NCBI GenBank assembly: GCA_035278205.1
Contig: DATEJH010000002.1
Span: forward strand, 6,763 to 70,762
DNA from: Novosphingobium sp.
GTDB lineage: Bacteria > Pseudomonadota > Alphaproteobacteria > Sphingomonadales > Sphingomonadaceae
Length of the DNA stretch: 64,000 nucleotides
Direction: 5' to 3'
Shown piece after piece: positions 23,646 through 33,640 of the stretch. The translations under genes and the position numbers were made by a program. Positions within the stretch are counted from its first letter, which is position 1. Every line of letters starts with the position of its first letter. Under the pieces are notes generated by a model that saw only the letters and a program-made list of their open reading frames with translations, was not told the origin of the DNA and searched no databases.

Positions 23646-23768
23646 AAATGCGGACCCTTTATCTTCAATCTTCGGCTGCGAGGCGATTATCATCGCCGGC
23701 GCTAAAGCGGGGTAAGCGCGTTTGGTTGCCGAACTCTTGCCTTGCCATCATTGATGAGACGGACCGGT

Positions 23769-24872
23769 TCAGTGGGTCGGCAGGCCGATCCAGCGGCCGC
23801 TGTTGGCGTATTCCGCCTTGATCCCTTGCGTCTCAGGCAGATTGCGCGCCCGGTAGATCGTATCCCCGCCGCGCTCGCGAATCTCGCTCGTGTAGAGCGG
23901 GATGAGGGGCGCCTGCGCTGCGGCGGGCATGGGCGCGGCCTTCGTACTTGCAGGGTTCAGAGCATCGAAATCGCGCTGGACGGCAACGGGATCGGGGCCG
24001 GCGGCAAGTGCGGAATCGCCGTGGCGATGGGGCGCGGCGATCGGTTCTCCGCCGGTGTAAGCGAACCGGAACGTCGCCGGACGTCCCGCCGCCCCCCGAA
24101 AGCTGTAGAACCGATGCGCCCCGATCGTGCCGATATAATCGAGGCTCGAGGCCCAGTAGGGGGTCACCTGAACAGTGTGGTAGTGCGTAGCCAGACCCGC
24201 GGGCGCGTAGACATAGCCCGAAAGCGCCGCGCGGGCGACATTCATCGCCCGCTCCCAGAACAGGGGAGAGGGCCTGCGGGCCAGAGACCCGTCGCAAGTG
24301 AAAGTGAACTGGCAGCCGGTCGAACGCTCCGATCCCTGATAGACGACGCCGCAGACGGTGTTCGGATAAGCGGGGTGCGCGACCCGGTTGAGCACGACCT
24401 GCGCCACCGCGCGCTGGCCGGCATCGGGCTCGCTGCCGGCCTCGTAATAGACCGCAGCGGCAAGGCACTGCAGTGCCCGCGTGCGGTCGACGCCGCTGTT
24501 GTCGATGCGCAGCGCCCGTGCCGCCGGGCTGGTGGCGGGATCGCGGGCATCCGAATGAATGCCCGCGCCAACTTGCGGCGCGGGTGAATCCAGGTCCAGG
24601 TAATAGAAGGCGGAGCCGGGAAAGCTGGTGTCAGCCCGCTCAAAAGGCATGGGCTCCACGGCGGGCTGTTCGGCGACGGCATCTGCGATGACGAAGTGCT
24701 GCCATCCGTCTGGCGCGGCCACGGCAGGCACAGCTATCGCCGCAAGTGCGGCAAAGCCGGCGCTCCGCCGCCGCCGCATCCGTCCGTGGCGCTTGCCCAG
24801 GCTGGACGCCTGCCGCTCGAAACGGGTGGCGAAGTCGCGCGGGCGCGCCTCGCGATCACCGATCCGTGCCAT
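23769..24872 (-). CDS. Cell wall hydrolase (SleB / Hydrolase_2 family)
   Basis: CLAAAVYYEA, AVAQVVLNRV, CGVVYQG, CQFTF, ATHYH, IGAHRFY; start uncertain. Confidence 0.9.
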   Translation of the reverse strand: MARIGDREARPRDFATRFERQASSLGKRHGRMRRRRSAGFAALAAIAVPAVAAPDGWQHFVIADAVAEQPAVEPMPFERADTSFPGSAFYYLDLDSPAPQVGAGIHSDARDPATSPAARALRIDNSGVDRTRALQCLAAAVYYEAGSEPDAGQRAVAQVVLNRVAHPAYPNTVCGVVYQGSERSTGCQFTFTCDGSLARRPSPLFWERAMNVARAALSGYVYAPAGLATHYHTVQVTPYWASSLDYIGTIGAHRFYSFRGAAGRPATFRFAYTGGEPIAAPHRHGDSALAAGPDPVAVQRDFDALNPASTKAAPMPAAAQAPLIPLYTSEIRERGGDTIYRARNLPETQGIKAEYANSGRWIGLPTH

Positions 24873-25109
24873 AATGGCGGGGGCAGAAGTCACTCGTTTC
24901 CTTTCGGATGCCGCAGCCGTGCGCAAGTCGGCAGTGATGCGCTATCCTGCTTCGGGCTGCGCCGCATCAGCGCTGTCGCGCCCGTCCCGAAGCGGAACAT
25001 CTCTCCTGACTACGCTTAATCGGTTAACCTTCCCTTCCCGCGAGTTGCAGGCCTTTCACTGCGCCTCGTGCTTGCCAACCACCGCGTGGCGCAGTATCGG
25101 CGCGGCCAC

Positions 25110-25277
25110 GTCACGGGTTGTCCGCCAGCCGGACCTAAGAGGGAATTTCGGTCCAACTCCGAAGCTGCCCCCGCAACTGTGACCGGGGAGTCCGTCCCCG
25201 ACATGCCACTGGCTCCCTCGCGGGCTGGGAAGGCGAGGGCGGGCATCGATCCGGGAGCCAGGAGACCTGCCCGAGAC
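25110..25277 (+). ncRNA. Cobalamin riboswitch
   Basis: AAGAGGGAA, GCCCCCGCAACTGT, GCCACTG, GGGAAGG and AGCCAGGAGACCTGCC in the canonical order, upstream of a btuB-like gene. Confidence 0.95.
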
Positions 25278-25383
25278 AGTCGTTCCGCGCCGGGCGGGAA
25301 GGACCGGAAGCAGCGAGCACGCGCCGAAGGAAGGTGCGGCCTCCGCCAAGAACGGCACTTCGTTCAGGTTGGAGGAAATACAC

Positions 25384-27201
25384 GTGAAGTATCTGTTTCT
25401 GCTCGGTTCTGCTTTCGTCGTCGCCACGCCTGCTTTGGCTGATGAGGCGGACGACACCATCGTCGTCACCGCCACTCGCACTGAAACGCCGCTGAGTGAA
25501 GTCGGGCAATCCGTGAGCGTTGTCACCCGCGACGATATCGAACGCACCCAATCGATGCAGGCGACCGACGTGCTCGCTAGGCTGCCGGGCCTTTCAGGCT
25601 CGAGCACCGGGGGCTTTGGTCAGCAAGCAAGCGTTTTCATCCGTGGGGCGGAGAATGCCCAGAGCCTCGTGCTGATCGACGGCGTGAGGATCAACGATCC
25701 GGGTGACGTTGCCGGGGGCTTCGATTTCGGCAATCTCACCATCAGTCAGTTCGACCGTGTCGAGGTGGTGCGCGGGTCCTCCGGCGTGCTCTGGGGTAGC
25801 CGGGCGATCGGCGGCGTCATCAACTTCATCACCGCGCGCCCCACCGAGCAGTGGACGGCGCGCGCGCAGGCCGAATACGGCTGGCGTGACCGCCGCCAGG
25901 CCGGCGCTTCGGCGGCGGGCATGCTGGGGCCGGTCGGCCTGACGCTGGGCGGCAACTGGATGAAGGGCGATGGCTTTTCCGCTTTCGACGAACGCCTTGG
26001 CGGCAAGGAGAAGGACGGGTTCGAAAGCAGGAGCGCCAATGTGCGGGCCCAGATCGAACTGGCGCCGGGCTTCTCGGCCGATGCCGGCGGCTTCTACACC
26101 AAGGCGAACTACGAGTACGACAATACCGGCGCCGATGCGCTTAACCTGGGTATGAAGCGTGATGCTCTCGGTTATGCGAACCTGCGATACAGCGGCCTTG
26201 ACGACAGGCTTTCGGCGCGGATCGGATACGGGCTGACCGATACCCGCCGGATATCCGACGATGCGGCGTTCGGAGCTTACATCACCAACGGCCGCACGGA
26301 ACGCGTCGAAGGACAGGTCTCCTTCACGCCTGTGGAGATGGCGAGCATTCTACTGGGTGCCGAGACCGAGAAGTCGAAATTCTCCGATAATTTCGGTTCC
26401 AAGGACTCGACCTCGATCGACAGCTATTTCGGCAATCTGACGCTGCGGCCGCTGCATGGGCTGACTGTCAACGGCGGGCTGCGCTATGACGATCACGCCG
26501 ATTTCGGCCACCGCACCACTTTTGCCTCCAACGGCGCCTGGGTGCTCGGCGACGGCGCGGATGCTCCTGTCCTGCGCGCGAGCTATGGTGAGGGTTTCAA
26601 GGCGCCTTCTCTTTACCAACTGTATACCAATGGTATTTACGCATCGCTTAAACCTGAGACATCAAAGGCTTGGGATGTCGGTGTCGAGCAGCCGTTCGCC
26701 GAAGGCAAGGGCCGTTTCACGCTGACCTGGTTCGATCGCAAGATCCGTAATCTCATCGATTACGATCTTGTGAACTTCAACTATTATAACGTCGGTCGCA
26801 CGCGCGCTAAGGGCATTGAACTGGGTATGGTGGTGAATGACTGGGAGGGCTTCGACCTGAGCCTTTCCTACACCTATCTCGACGCAAGGAACGAGCTGAC
26901 GGGCGCGCGTCTGGCGCGCCGTCCGCAGAACAACCTCTATGCCAGCCTCGACAAGACCTGGGACATCGGGCTGCGGCTGGGGGCGGACGTGCGGGTCGGC
27001 GGCGGCCGCTATGACGACATTGCAAATACGCACTTCGTCGAAGGCCATGTCGTGGTCGGCCTGCGCGCCTCTTATCCGGTCACCGACGGGATCGAGGTCT
27101 ACGGCCGCGTGGAGAACCTGTTCGACAAGCACTACGAAGTGGTGCGCACCTACGGCACGCCGGGACGGTCGGCCTATGCCGGCATTCGCGTGAAGATTTG
27201 A
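25384..27201 (+). CDS. btuB: TonB-dependent cobalamin receptor
   Basis: TIVVTATR TonB box, FIRGAE..LVLIDG plug; riboswitch upstream; GTG start after GGAGG. Confidence 0.88.
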   Translation: MKYLFLLGSAFVVATPALADEADDTIVVTATRTETPLSEVGQSVSVVTRDDIERTQSMQATDVLARLPGLSGSSTGGFGQQASVFIRGAENAQSLVLIDGVRINDPGDVAGGFDFGNLTISQFDRVEVVRGSSGVLWGSRAIGGVINFITARPTEQWTARAQAEYGWRDRRQAGASAAGMLGPVGLTLGGNWMKGDGFSAFDERLGGKEKDGFESRSANVRAQIELAPGFSADAGGFYTKANYEYDNTGADALNLGMKRDALGYANLRYSGLDDRLSARIGYGLTDTRRISDDAAFGAYITNGRTERVEGQVSFTPVEMASILLGAETEKSKFSDNFGSKDSTSIDSYFGNLTLRPLHGLTVNGGLRYDDHADFGHRTTFASNGAWVLGDGADAPVLRASYGEGFKAPSLYQLYTNGIYASLKPETSKAWDVGVEQPFAEGKGRFTLTWFDRKIRNLIDYDLVNFNYYNVGRTRAKGIELGMVVNDWEGFDLSLSYTYLDARNELTGARLARRPQNNLYASLDKTWDIGLRLGADVRVGGGRYDDIANTHFVEGHVVVGLRASYPVTDGIEVYGRVENLFDKHYEVVRTYGTPGRSAYAGIRVKI

Positions 27202-28136
27202 CCGGGCCGCTTCCCTCGTCACCCCGCCGGGGGCGGGGGAAGCGGCTGGCATGTGCGCTGTTGCGCGCCGGTGTTCTCGCAGCAGCGTGGACCAGCGTGA
27301 CCGGATGCGGGGGCGGTTACACCGAGGCCGCCCCCGCCTCCGTACTACATGATCCGGCGCATCCGACGATTGTCTCGCTCAATCCCTGCAGCGACGCGAT
27401 CCTGGCCGAAGTCACCGGGCCGGGGCAGCTCCTGGCCATCTCTGACTACAGCGTCGATCCTTCCTCCACGTCCATGGACCTGGTCAGGGCGAGCCGCTAT
27501 CGCGCCATCTCGGGCTCGGTCGAGGAGGTTGCGGCGCTCGCCCCCAGAATCGTGGTGGCGGGATCCTTCCTGGCGCCTGCAACCGCCAATGCCTTGCGCG
27601 AACTTGGTTACAGGGTGGTCACTCTTCCGATCGCCCCGGATCTCGAGGCGGCGCGGCGGCAAATCCGAGAACTCGCGCAGATTGCCGGCCACCCCGAACT
27701 CGGACGGAGCCTTATCGGCCGGATCGACGGCGCACTTGCGCGCAATGCACCGCAGCCGGGGGGCCGTCCGGTTCCGGCGCTGCTATGGGAGTCCGGCGGC
27801 CTCATTGCAGGCGACGAGACGCTGATCGCCGACATGATGCGGCACACCGGCTTCATCAACTTCGCAGGCGCACGAGGGCTGGCGCAGGCCGATTTCCTGC
27901 CTCTCGAACAAGTGCTGGCCGATCCGCCCCGCGTGATCTTTTCCGCCGGCAATCCGCTGGCGCAGGAAGACCGGATGCTGGGCCATCCCGCTCTGGCCGG
28001 CCTGCGGCATACGATGCGCGTTCCGCTGGAGAGCTCGATGCTGTGGTGCGGCGGGCCGACCATACCGCGTGCGCTCGACCGGCTGGCGGCGGCGCGCCGG
28101 GAACTTGAACAGCAGGCCGAGGTTGGGGCGCCATGA
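27198..28136 (+). CDS. ABC transporter substrate-binding protein (BtuF-like)
   Basis: IVSLNPCSDAIL periplasmic-binding motif; operon context. Confidence 0.8.
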   Translation: MTGPLPSSPRRGRGKRLACALLRAGVLAAAWTSVTGCGGGYTEAAPASVLHDPAHPTIVSLNPCSDAILAEVTGPGQLLAISDYSVDPSSTSMDLVRASRYRAISGSVEEVAALAPRIVVAGSFLAPATANALRELGYRVVTLPIAPDLEAARRQIRELAQIAGHPELGRSLIGRIDGALARNAPQPGGRPVPALLWESGGLIAGDETLIADMMRHTGFINFAGARGLAQADFLPLEQVLADPPRVIFSAGNPLAQEDRMLGHPALAGLRHTMRVPLESSMLWCGGPTIPRALDRLAAARRELEQQAEVGAP

Positions 28137-29098
28137 ACCTGCGCCTCCTGCTCCTGCTGGGCTTGGGCCTTATGATCGCGGTACCGCTGTCGTTGCTGGC
28201 AGGGCGGGTCTGGATCGATCCTCTCGCGCCCACCACCGGCAACGCGGCGACAATCCTCATTCAATTGCGCCTGCCGCGCGCCGTCCTGGCGCTGGTGGTC
28301 GGCGCCGGGCTTGGCGCGGCCGGGGCGGCCATGCAGGGTTTCCTGCGCAATCCGCTCGCCGACCCGGGGCTGTTCGGGATCGCCCCGGGGGCGGCCCTGG
28401 GCGCGGTGCTCAGCTTCTGGACCGGGTATTCGGCATCGCCCTGGCTGCTGCCCGTATTCGCGCTGGCGGGCGGGTGCGGCGCGATGACGCTGCTGGCGTT
28501 GATCGCCGGGCGAAGCGGCGGCGTGGCGCTGTTCACGCTCGCGGGCCTGATGGTCTCCAGCCTTGCCGGCGCGCTGGTTAGCCTTGCCATCAGCCTCTCG
28601 CCTTCGCCTTTCGCGTTGACCGAGATCGTCACGTGGATGATGGGCTCGCTCGCGGACCGTTCCTGGCGCGAAGTCTGGATTGCCGCGCCTCTCACCCTCG
28701 TGGGGATCGGAGTTCTGCTTTACGCTGGCCGGAGCCTCGATGCCCTGATGCTGGGCGAGGCGGCTGCACGGTCGCTGGGCGTCGATCCTTTCCGGCTGCA
28801 GGCACTGATGATCATTGGTATCGGCCTGACCGTGGGCGCCGGCGTTGCCGTTGCCGGGATCATCGGCTTCGTCGGACTGGTGGTGCCACACCTCGTTCGG
28901 CCGCTGACCGATCATCGCCCATCCTCGCTGGTCCTTCCGAGCTCGCTGGCCGGCGGGCTGCTGGTACTGGTCTCCGATTGCCTATGCCGCATTCTCCCGC
29001 TCGCGGGCGGGGAGCTTCGGCTCGGCATCGCACTCAGCCTGATCGGAGCGCCGTTCTTCCTGCACCTGCTGCTCAAGATGCGGCGGGAACTGGCATGA
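28133..29098 (+). CDS. FecCD/BtuC family ABC permease
   Basis: LRLPRA, RNPLADPG, GIIGFVGLVVPH. Confidence 0.92.
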   Translation: MNLRLLLLLGLGLMIAVPLSLLAGRVWIDPLAPTTGNAATILIQLRLPRAVLALVVGAGLGAAGAAMQGFLRNPLADPGLFGIAPGAALGAVLSFWTGYSASPWLLPVFALAGGCGAMTLLALIAGRSGGVALFTLAGLMVSSLAGALVSLAISLSPSPFALTEIVTWMMGSLADRSWREVWIAAPLTLVGIGVLLYAGRSLDALMLGEAAARSLGVDPFRLQALMIIGIGLTVGAGVAVAGIIGFVGLVVPHLVRPLTDHRPSSLVLPSSLAGGLLVLVSDCLCRILPLAGGELRLGIALSLIGAPFFLHLLLKMRRELA

Positions 29099-29883
29099 GC
29101 CTGGGCGCCAGCAACCTCACCGTGCGGGAGCGGCTCGACCAAGTGTCGGTGCTGTGCCGCCGCGGCGTGGTCACTGCCATCTGCGGCCCGAACGGGGCCG
29201 GCAAGTCCACGCTCATGTCCTGTCTGGCCGGGCTGCTGCGCCCGGACGTGGGCGACGTGCTGCTTGGCGGCCGGCCCCTGTCGCGGGTGTCGACGGCACA
29301 GAAGGCGCAGTGGATCGGCTACCTGCCGCAAGCGCCGCAAGTGGCCTGGGATGTGTCGGTCGAGGTCCTTGTGTCGCTGGGGCGCCTGCCCTGGCGCGGA
29401 GCACCGGCCGGGGAAACGCAGGCTGCCATCGACGAAGCGATCGTGGCGATGGACCTGGAAGACCTCAGGCATCGCCCGATATCCCGACTTTCGGGCGGCG
29501 AGCGGGCAAGGGCGCTTATGGCCCGCGTTCTGGCGACGCAGCCGGGCTGGGTGCTCGCCGACGAGCCTTTCGCCAACCTCGATCTGGCTCATGCCGCGGC
29601 GCTGATGCGGCGCTTCCGCCAGCAGGCCAAGGCAGGCCGCGGCGTGGTGCTGGTGCTGCATGACCTGGCAACGGTGATGAACCATGCGGACCAGGTGCTG
29701 GTGCTGAAGAACGGTCGCGTCCATGCCGAGGGGCCGCCCGAGATCGCTCTCGCCAGCAACGTGATCCATCGCGTCTGGAACTGTCCGGCGCGCTGGCTGG
29801 GAGAGCCCGGCGAACGTGCGCTGTCGCTCGGCCGGCCGGGGCCGGTCGCGATCGACCCGAGGAGCGGACGCGCTTTCGAATAG
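29095..29883 (+). CDS. ABC transporter ATP-binding protein (BtuD-like)
   Basis: GPNGAGKS, LSGGERAR, LADEP, LHD; ATGA overlap with the permease. Confidence 0.92.
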   Translation: MSLGASNLTVRERLDQVSVLCRRGVVTAICGPNGAGKSTLMSCLAGLLRPDVGDVLLGGRPLSRVSTAQKAQWIGYLPQAPQVAWDVSVEVLVSLGRLPWRGAPAGETQAAIDEAIVAMDLEDLRHRPISRLSGGERARALMARVLATQPGWVLADEPFANLDLAHAAALMRRFRQQAKAGRGVVLVLHDLATVMNHADQVLVLKNGRVHAEGPPEIALASNVIHRVWNCPARWLGEPGERALSLGRPGPVAIDPRSGRAFE

Positions 29884-29924
29884 GTGAGCCCCGTCTAGGA
29901 GCAGGTCCGGGACGGGGAGGGCGT

Positions 29925-32096
29925 TTACTTGCCGTCGTTCTCACCCAACAGCCCGCGTGCTTCGAGCATCGGCTGGATCTGCGGGTCATGTCCGGTGAAG
30001 TCGCGGTACATCACCGAGTAGTCCTTGCTGTGGCCCTGGCCGAGGAAGCTCGCGCGGATATGGTCGCCGTTCGCGCGGGTCATGCCGCCATTCTTCTCGA
30101 CCCAGTCCCAGCCGTCGTGCGCCAGCATCTCGGTCCAGATATAGGCGTAGTAGCCGGCCGAGTAATCGTTGCTCCAGATGTGCCGGAAATAGGACGTGTG
30201 ATAGCGCGGCGGGATCAGGTCGGTCCTGAGGCCCATCTGCGCCAGCGACTTTTGCTCGAACACCGCCGGCGGCTGCTGGGCCTGTCCGGGAGTGAGCCTG
30301 TGCCAGTCCATGTCCAGCATCGCCGCCTCGTCGATTTCGCCGAAGGCCAGGCCCTGGTTGAATTTCTTCGCCGCCTTGATCTTCTCCATCAGCGCCGCCG
30401 GGATCGCTTCGCCGGTCTGGAAATGCTTCGCATAATGCTGCAGCACTTCGGGAACAGTGGCGAAGTTCTCGTTGAACTGACTGGGGAATTCCACGAAGTC
30501 CCGCGCCGTGCTGGTGCCGGAGAGCGAAGGATACTTCTGGCTGGCGAAGATGCCGTGCATCGCGTGGCCGAACTCGTGGAACATCGTTGTCACGTTGTCC
30601 CAGGTGGCCAGTGCGGGCTTGCCTTCGGCCGGGGGCGTGATGTTGATCGAGTTGAAGACCACCGGCTTCTCGCCCGTCAGGTACGACTGCTCGACGAAGT
30701 TGCCCATCCAGCCGCCGCCCTGCTTGTTGGGCCGGGCGAAGGGATCGAAATAGAACAGCGCCAGCTCGCTGCCGTCCTTGTCGTAGACCTCGTAGACCCG
30801 CATCGTCGGGTGGTAGACCGGCAGGTCGGTGCGGCGCTTGAAAGTCAGGCCGTAGGTCTTGTTCGCGGCGTAGAAGACGCCGTCCTCAAGCACGCGCCAG
30901 ACCTCGAAGTACGGCTTGATCCGGTCAACGTCGAGATCGTACTTCGCCTTGCGGACCTGCTCGGCGTAACAGGCCCAGTCCCACGGCTGCAGCGTGATGT
31001 CGTCTCCCTCCTCGCGGGCATGGTCCTGCAGCTCTTTCGCCTCGCGTGACTGCGTGGCGGCGAGGGCGGGGACGAAGCCTTTCATGAACTCCATCGCCTT
31101 CGCCGGCGTCTTCACCATGCGGTCGTACATCTGCCAGGCCGCAAAGTCGGGCTTGCCGAGCAGCGCCGCCTTGTTCGCGCGCAGCGCCACGAGCTCGGAG
31201 ACGATCTTCGTCGTGTCGAATTTCCCGCCGCTGGAGGTGCGATTGACACTTGCTACGAACAGCTTCCTGCGGCTCTCGCGGTTCCTGAGCTGGGACAGCG
31301 CCGGCTGCTGCGTCGTGTTCTCCAGGGCGACCATGTACTTGCCGGCCATGCCCTTCTCGCCGGCGAGCTTGGCGGCGGCGGCAATTGCGGTCTCGGGCAT
31401 GCCGTCGAGGTCCGCCTTGCTGTCGAAGACGACAGCCGCGGCGGCCGTGCCGTTCGTCAGCTTCTGCGAGAATTCGGTCTGCAGCGCTGCGATGCGCTGG
31501 TTCATCTGCTTGAGCTGCGCCTTCTGCGGGGCCGAAAGCAGCGCGCCTTCGTGGACGAAATCGTCGTATGTGGTTGAGAGCAGCATTGCGTCCTCGCCGG
31601 TCAATGCCTGGCCTGCGGGGCTGTCGTGGACGGCCTTGACGCGCGCGAAGAGCTTGTCGTTGAGGTAGATGTCATCGTCGAGCGCGGCGAGCTTGGGCGA
31701 GGTCGCCGTGTCGACGGTATCGAGGACATCATTGGTATTGGCCGAGACGAGCTGATCGAACACGTTCTTCACGCGCGTCAGCAGGCTGCCGGCCTTTTCC
31801 AGCGCGACGATAGTGTTCTCGAAGCTCGGCGGCTGCCGATTGTCCGCTATGGCGGTGACTTCGGCGCGCTTCGCGGCGATGGCCGCATCGATCGCGGGGC
31901 CATAGTCGCTGTCCTTGTATACGCGGAAGTCCGGCGCGTGGAAGGGCAGGGCGCTGGGCCGGGCGAAAGGACCGTTGTAAGCGGCGCCCGGACCGTGCGC
32001 CGAATGCCGCGTCGCTCTAGCCCCGGCGGGCATGGCCGTGAGCGCGCCAACCATCAGCGTCCCGAGCGCGACGGAAGCGGTCAGGCGAATTTTCAT
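29925..32096 (-). CDS. dcp: M3 family metallopeptidase (peptidyl-dipeptidase Dcp-like)
   Basis: FHEFGHAMH, DFVEFPSQ, YSAGYYAY; signal peptide. Confidence 0.9.
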   Translation of the reverse strand: MKIRLTASVALGTLMVGALTAMPAGARATRHSAHGPGAAYNGPFARPSALPFHAPDFRVYKDSDYGPAIDAAIAAKRAEVTAIADNRQPPSFENTIVALEKAGSLLTRVKNVFDQLVSANTNDVLDTVDTATSPKLAALDDDIYLNDKLFARVKAVHDSPAGQALTGEDAMLLSTTYDDFVHEGALLSAPQKAQLKQMNQRIAALQTEFSQKLTNGTAAAAVVFDSKADLDGMPETAIAAAAKLAGEKGMAGKYMVALENTTQQPALSQLRNRESRRKLFVASVNRTSSGGKFDTTKIVSELVALRANKAALLGKPDFAAWQMYDRMVKTPAKAMEFMKGFVPALAATQSREAKELQDHAREEGDDITLQPWDWACYAEQVRKAKYDLDVDRIKPYFEVWRVLEDGVFYAANKTYGLTFKRRTDLPVYHPTMRVYEVYDKDGSELALFYFDPFARPNKQGGGWMGNFVEQSYLTGEKPVVFNSINITPPAEGKPALATWDNVTTMFHEFGHAMHGIFASQKYPSLSGTSTARDFVEFPSQFNENFATVPEVLQHYAKHFQTGEAIPAALMEKIKAAKKFNQGLAFGEIDEAAMLDMDWHRLTPGQAQQPPAVFEQKSLAQMGLRTDLIPPRYHTSYFRHIWSNDYSAGYYAYIWTEMLAHDGWDWVEKNGGMTRANGDHIRASFLGQGHSKDYSVMYRDFTGHDPQIQPMLEARGLLGENDGK

Positions 32097-32280
32097 CAAG
32101 GTTCTCTTCTGGGCAGCGGCATTCCGGAAATGGAGAAAGCGCGCCGGTTCCAGGGCGCGCGGGCGGGAATGCCGGCGTGGTCATGGCCGGTTTGAACCGC
32201 AAAAAGCGCGCTGTTGCAAGCGTTTGGCGGACGGAATGAAATCCTTGCGCGGGTGCCGCCGAACCTGTTTGAAAGATAAC

Positions 32281-32337
32281 GCGCCCCTCGCGCCAGGCGC
32301 ACATTTGTTACGCCGGCGGAAACTGCGCGAGGGGCGC
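32281..32337 (-). terminator. 13-bp GC hairpin downstream of the small ORF
   Basis: GCGCCCCTCGCGC ... GCGCGAGGGGCGC, followed on the minus strand by GTTATCTTT. Confidence 0.45.
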
Positions 32338-32347
32338 TCGGAAACGG

Positions 32348-32515
32348 TCAGTTCTTGCGGAAATGACCGCCCGACCAGATCTTCATCGCGTCGCCTTTTT
32401 CAGCGTGCTTGCGCACGATCTCGTCGCGCTGGCGATCGAAGATCAGCGAGCCGGTGAACTGGCCGAAACGATTGCGGCGAAATGGAATGGTGGGCCCGAT
32501 CTTGCTGGCATTCAT
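32348..32515 (-). CDS. Small basic hypothetical protein (55 aa), not in the ORF track
   Basis: GAGGAG RBS 9 nt upstream; MNASKIGPTIPFRRNRFGQFTGSLIFDRQRDEIVRKHAEKGDAMKIWSGGHFRKN; mostly G/C third positions. Confidence 0.65.
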   Translation of the reverse strand: MNASKIGPTIPFRRNRFGQFTGSLIFDRQRDEIVRKHAEKGDAMKIWSGGHFRKN

Positions 32516-32571
32516 TTCATCGGTCTCCTCTCACACGTGGACAACGCCGGGTAATGTCATGAGTTCCCCCG

Positions 32572-32997
32572 TCACAGTATAGCCTGAAGGGGTAGGCGGG
32601 ATTCCACCGCCGCTTCCGCTAGCGTCTGCTTGTCGAGCTCCGAAAGAAAGGCATGGATTGCCCTGTCGAGCGGCGAAATCAGGCCGCAGTGGCTGCGCAT
32701 GATGCAGGTGCCGCAGTCGGCCGGCTGCAGGTTCGGTTCGGTCAGCCGCACCACGTCGCCCAGCCGGACCTCGTTGGCAGGCCTCCCCAAACGAAAGCCG
32801 CCCCCGCGCCCGCGCACGGTTTCGAGAAGGCCTGCATTGGCCAGTTCGTTGACCACTTTCATTGCATGGTTTCGCGATATCGCGTGGGCGCTGGCGACCT
32901 CCGCAATCGAGAGCAGCGTATGAGGGTCCTCGGCCTCTGCCAGAGTGGCGTGAAGCAGGATGCGCAGGGCGTAATCGGTGTGCGCGGTCAGGCGCAA
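32572..32997 (-). CDS. nsrR: Rrf2 family regulator, NsrR-like
   Basis: TTG start with AGGAG RBS; MRLTAHTDYALRIL, RGRGGGFRL, three Cys (DCGTC...HC). Confidence 0.8.
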   Translation of the reverse strand: MRLTAHTDYALRILLHATLAEAEDPHTLLSIAEVASAHAISRNHAMKVVNELANAGLLETVRGRGGGFRLGRPANEVRLGDVVRLTEPNLQPADCGTCIMRSHCGLISPLDRAIHAFLSELDKQTLAEAAVESRLPLQAIL

Positions 32998-33016
32998 GGA
33001 AACTCTCCTGAAAAAT

Positions 33017-33074
33017 GATGCGCAATATTTACATCTTTTCACGCCCGCCGTATAGATGCATCCGGTTTGCATCT
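33017..33074. promoter_or_regulatory. Two NsrR-like boxes in the divergent promoter
   Basis: GATGCGCAATATTTACATC (33017-33035) and AGATGCA-TCCGGTT-TGCATCT (33054-33074). Confidence 0.75.
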
Positions 33075-33090
33075 TAACAGGGGATTCGCA

Positions 33091-33540
33091 GTGACCAAGC
33101 CGCTTACCGAACAGACCATTGCCATCGTCAAGGCCACCGCGCCCGCGCTTCAGGAGCACGGCGTCGCCATCACCACCCGAATGTACGAACGCCTGTTCCT
33201 CAATGAAGAGGTCAAGGCCATGTTCGACCAGGCCGCCCAGGAGTCCGGCGAGCAGCCGCGCCGTCTGGCCGCCGCGATCCTCGGCTACGCCCAGAACGTC
33301 GACAAGCTGCAGAACCTCGATGCGCCCGTCCGCCGCATGGTGCAGCGCCACGTCGAAACCGGCGTGAAGGCGGAGCACTATCCCATCGTCGCCGAAGCCC
33401 TGCTTCCCGCAATCCGCGACGTGCTGGGCGATGCCGCGAGCGACGAAGTGCTCGCTGCCTGGGGCGAGGCCTATTGGTTCCTCGCGGAAATCCTGATCGG
33501 CAAGGAAGCCATGGCTTATGCGGAGCAGGAAGCGGCCTGA
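33091..33540 (+). CDS. Single-domain globin (Vgb/Hmp-globin-like)
   Basis: TIAIVKATAPAL, MYERLF, QPRRLAAAI, H...GVKAEHYPIV, AWGEAY; no FAD/NAD domain. Confidence 0.9.
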   Translation: MTKPLTEQTIAIVKATAPALQEHGVAITTRMYERLFLNEEVKAMFDQAAQESGEQPRRLAAAILGYAQNVDKLQNLDAPVRRMVQRHVETGVKAEHYPIVAEALLPAIRDVLGDAASDEVLAAWGEAYWFLAEILIGKEAMAYAEQEAA

Positions 33541-33598
33541 GCGGGTTTTTCCCGATTGTCATCGCTGAGACAATGAGTCAGGAAATCTGAACCCGAAC

Positions 33599-33625
33599 CC
33601 GTTCATCCTGAGCTTGTCGAAGGAC
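33599..33625. repeat. REP-like repeat copy
   Basis: CCGTTCATCCTGAGCTTGTCGAAGGAC between the convergent globin and rlpA genes. Confidence 0.85.
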
Positions 33626-33640
33626 GTGGAACGCGGCCCT

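Noticed and set aside
25016..25027. TTAA..TTAA as a CtrA box upstream of the cell wall hydrolase
   Set aside because: Spacing is 4 nt, not the 7 nt of the CtrA consensus.
32363..32554. 63-aa plus-strand ORF
   Set aside because: The overlapping minus-strand ORF 32348-32515 has a better RBS and codon pattern.
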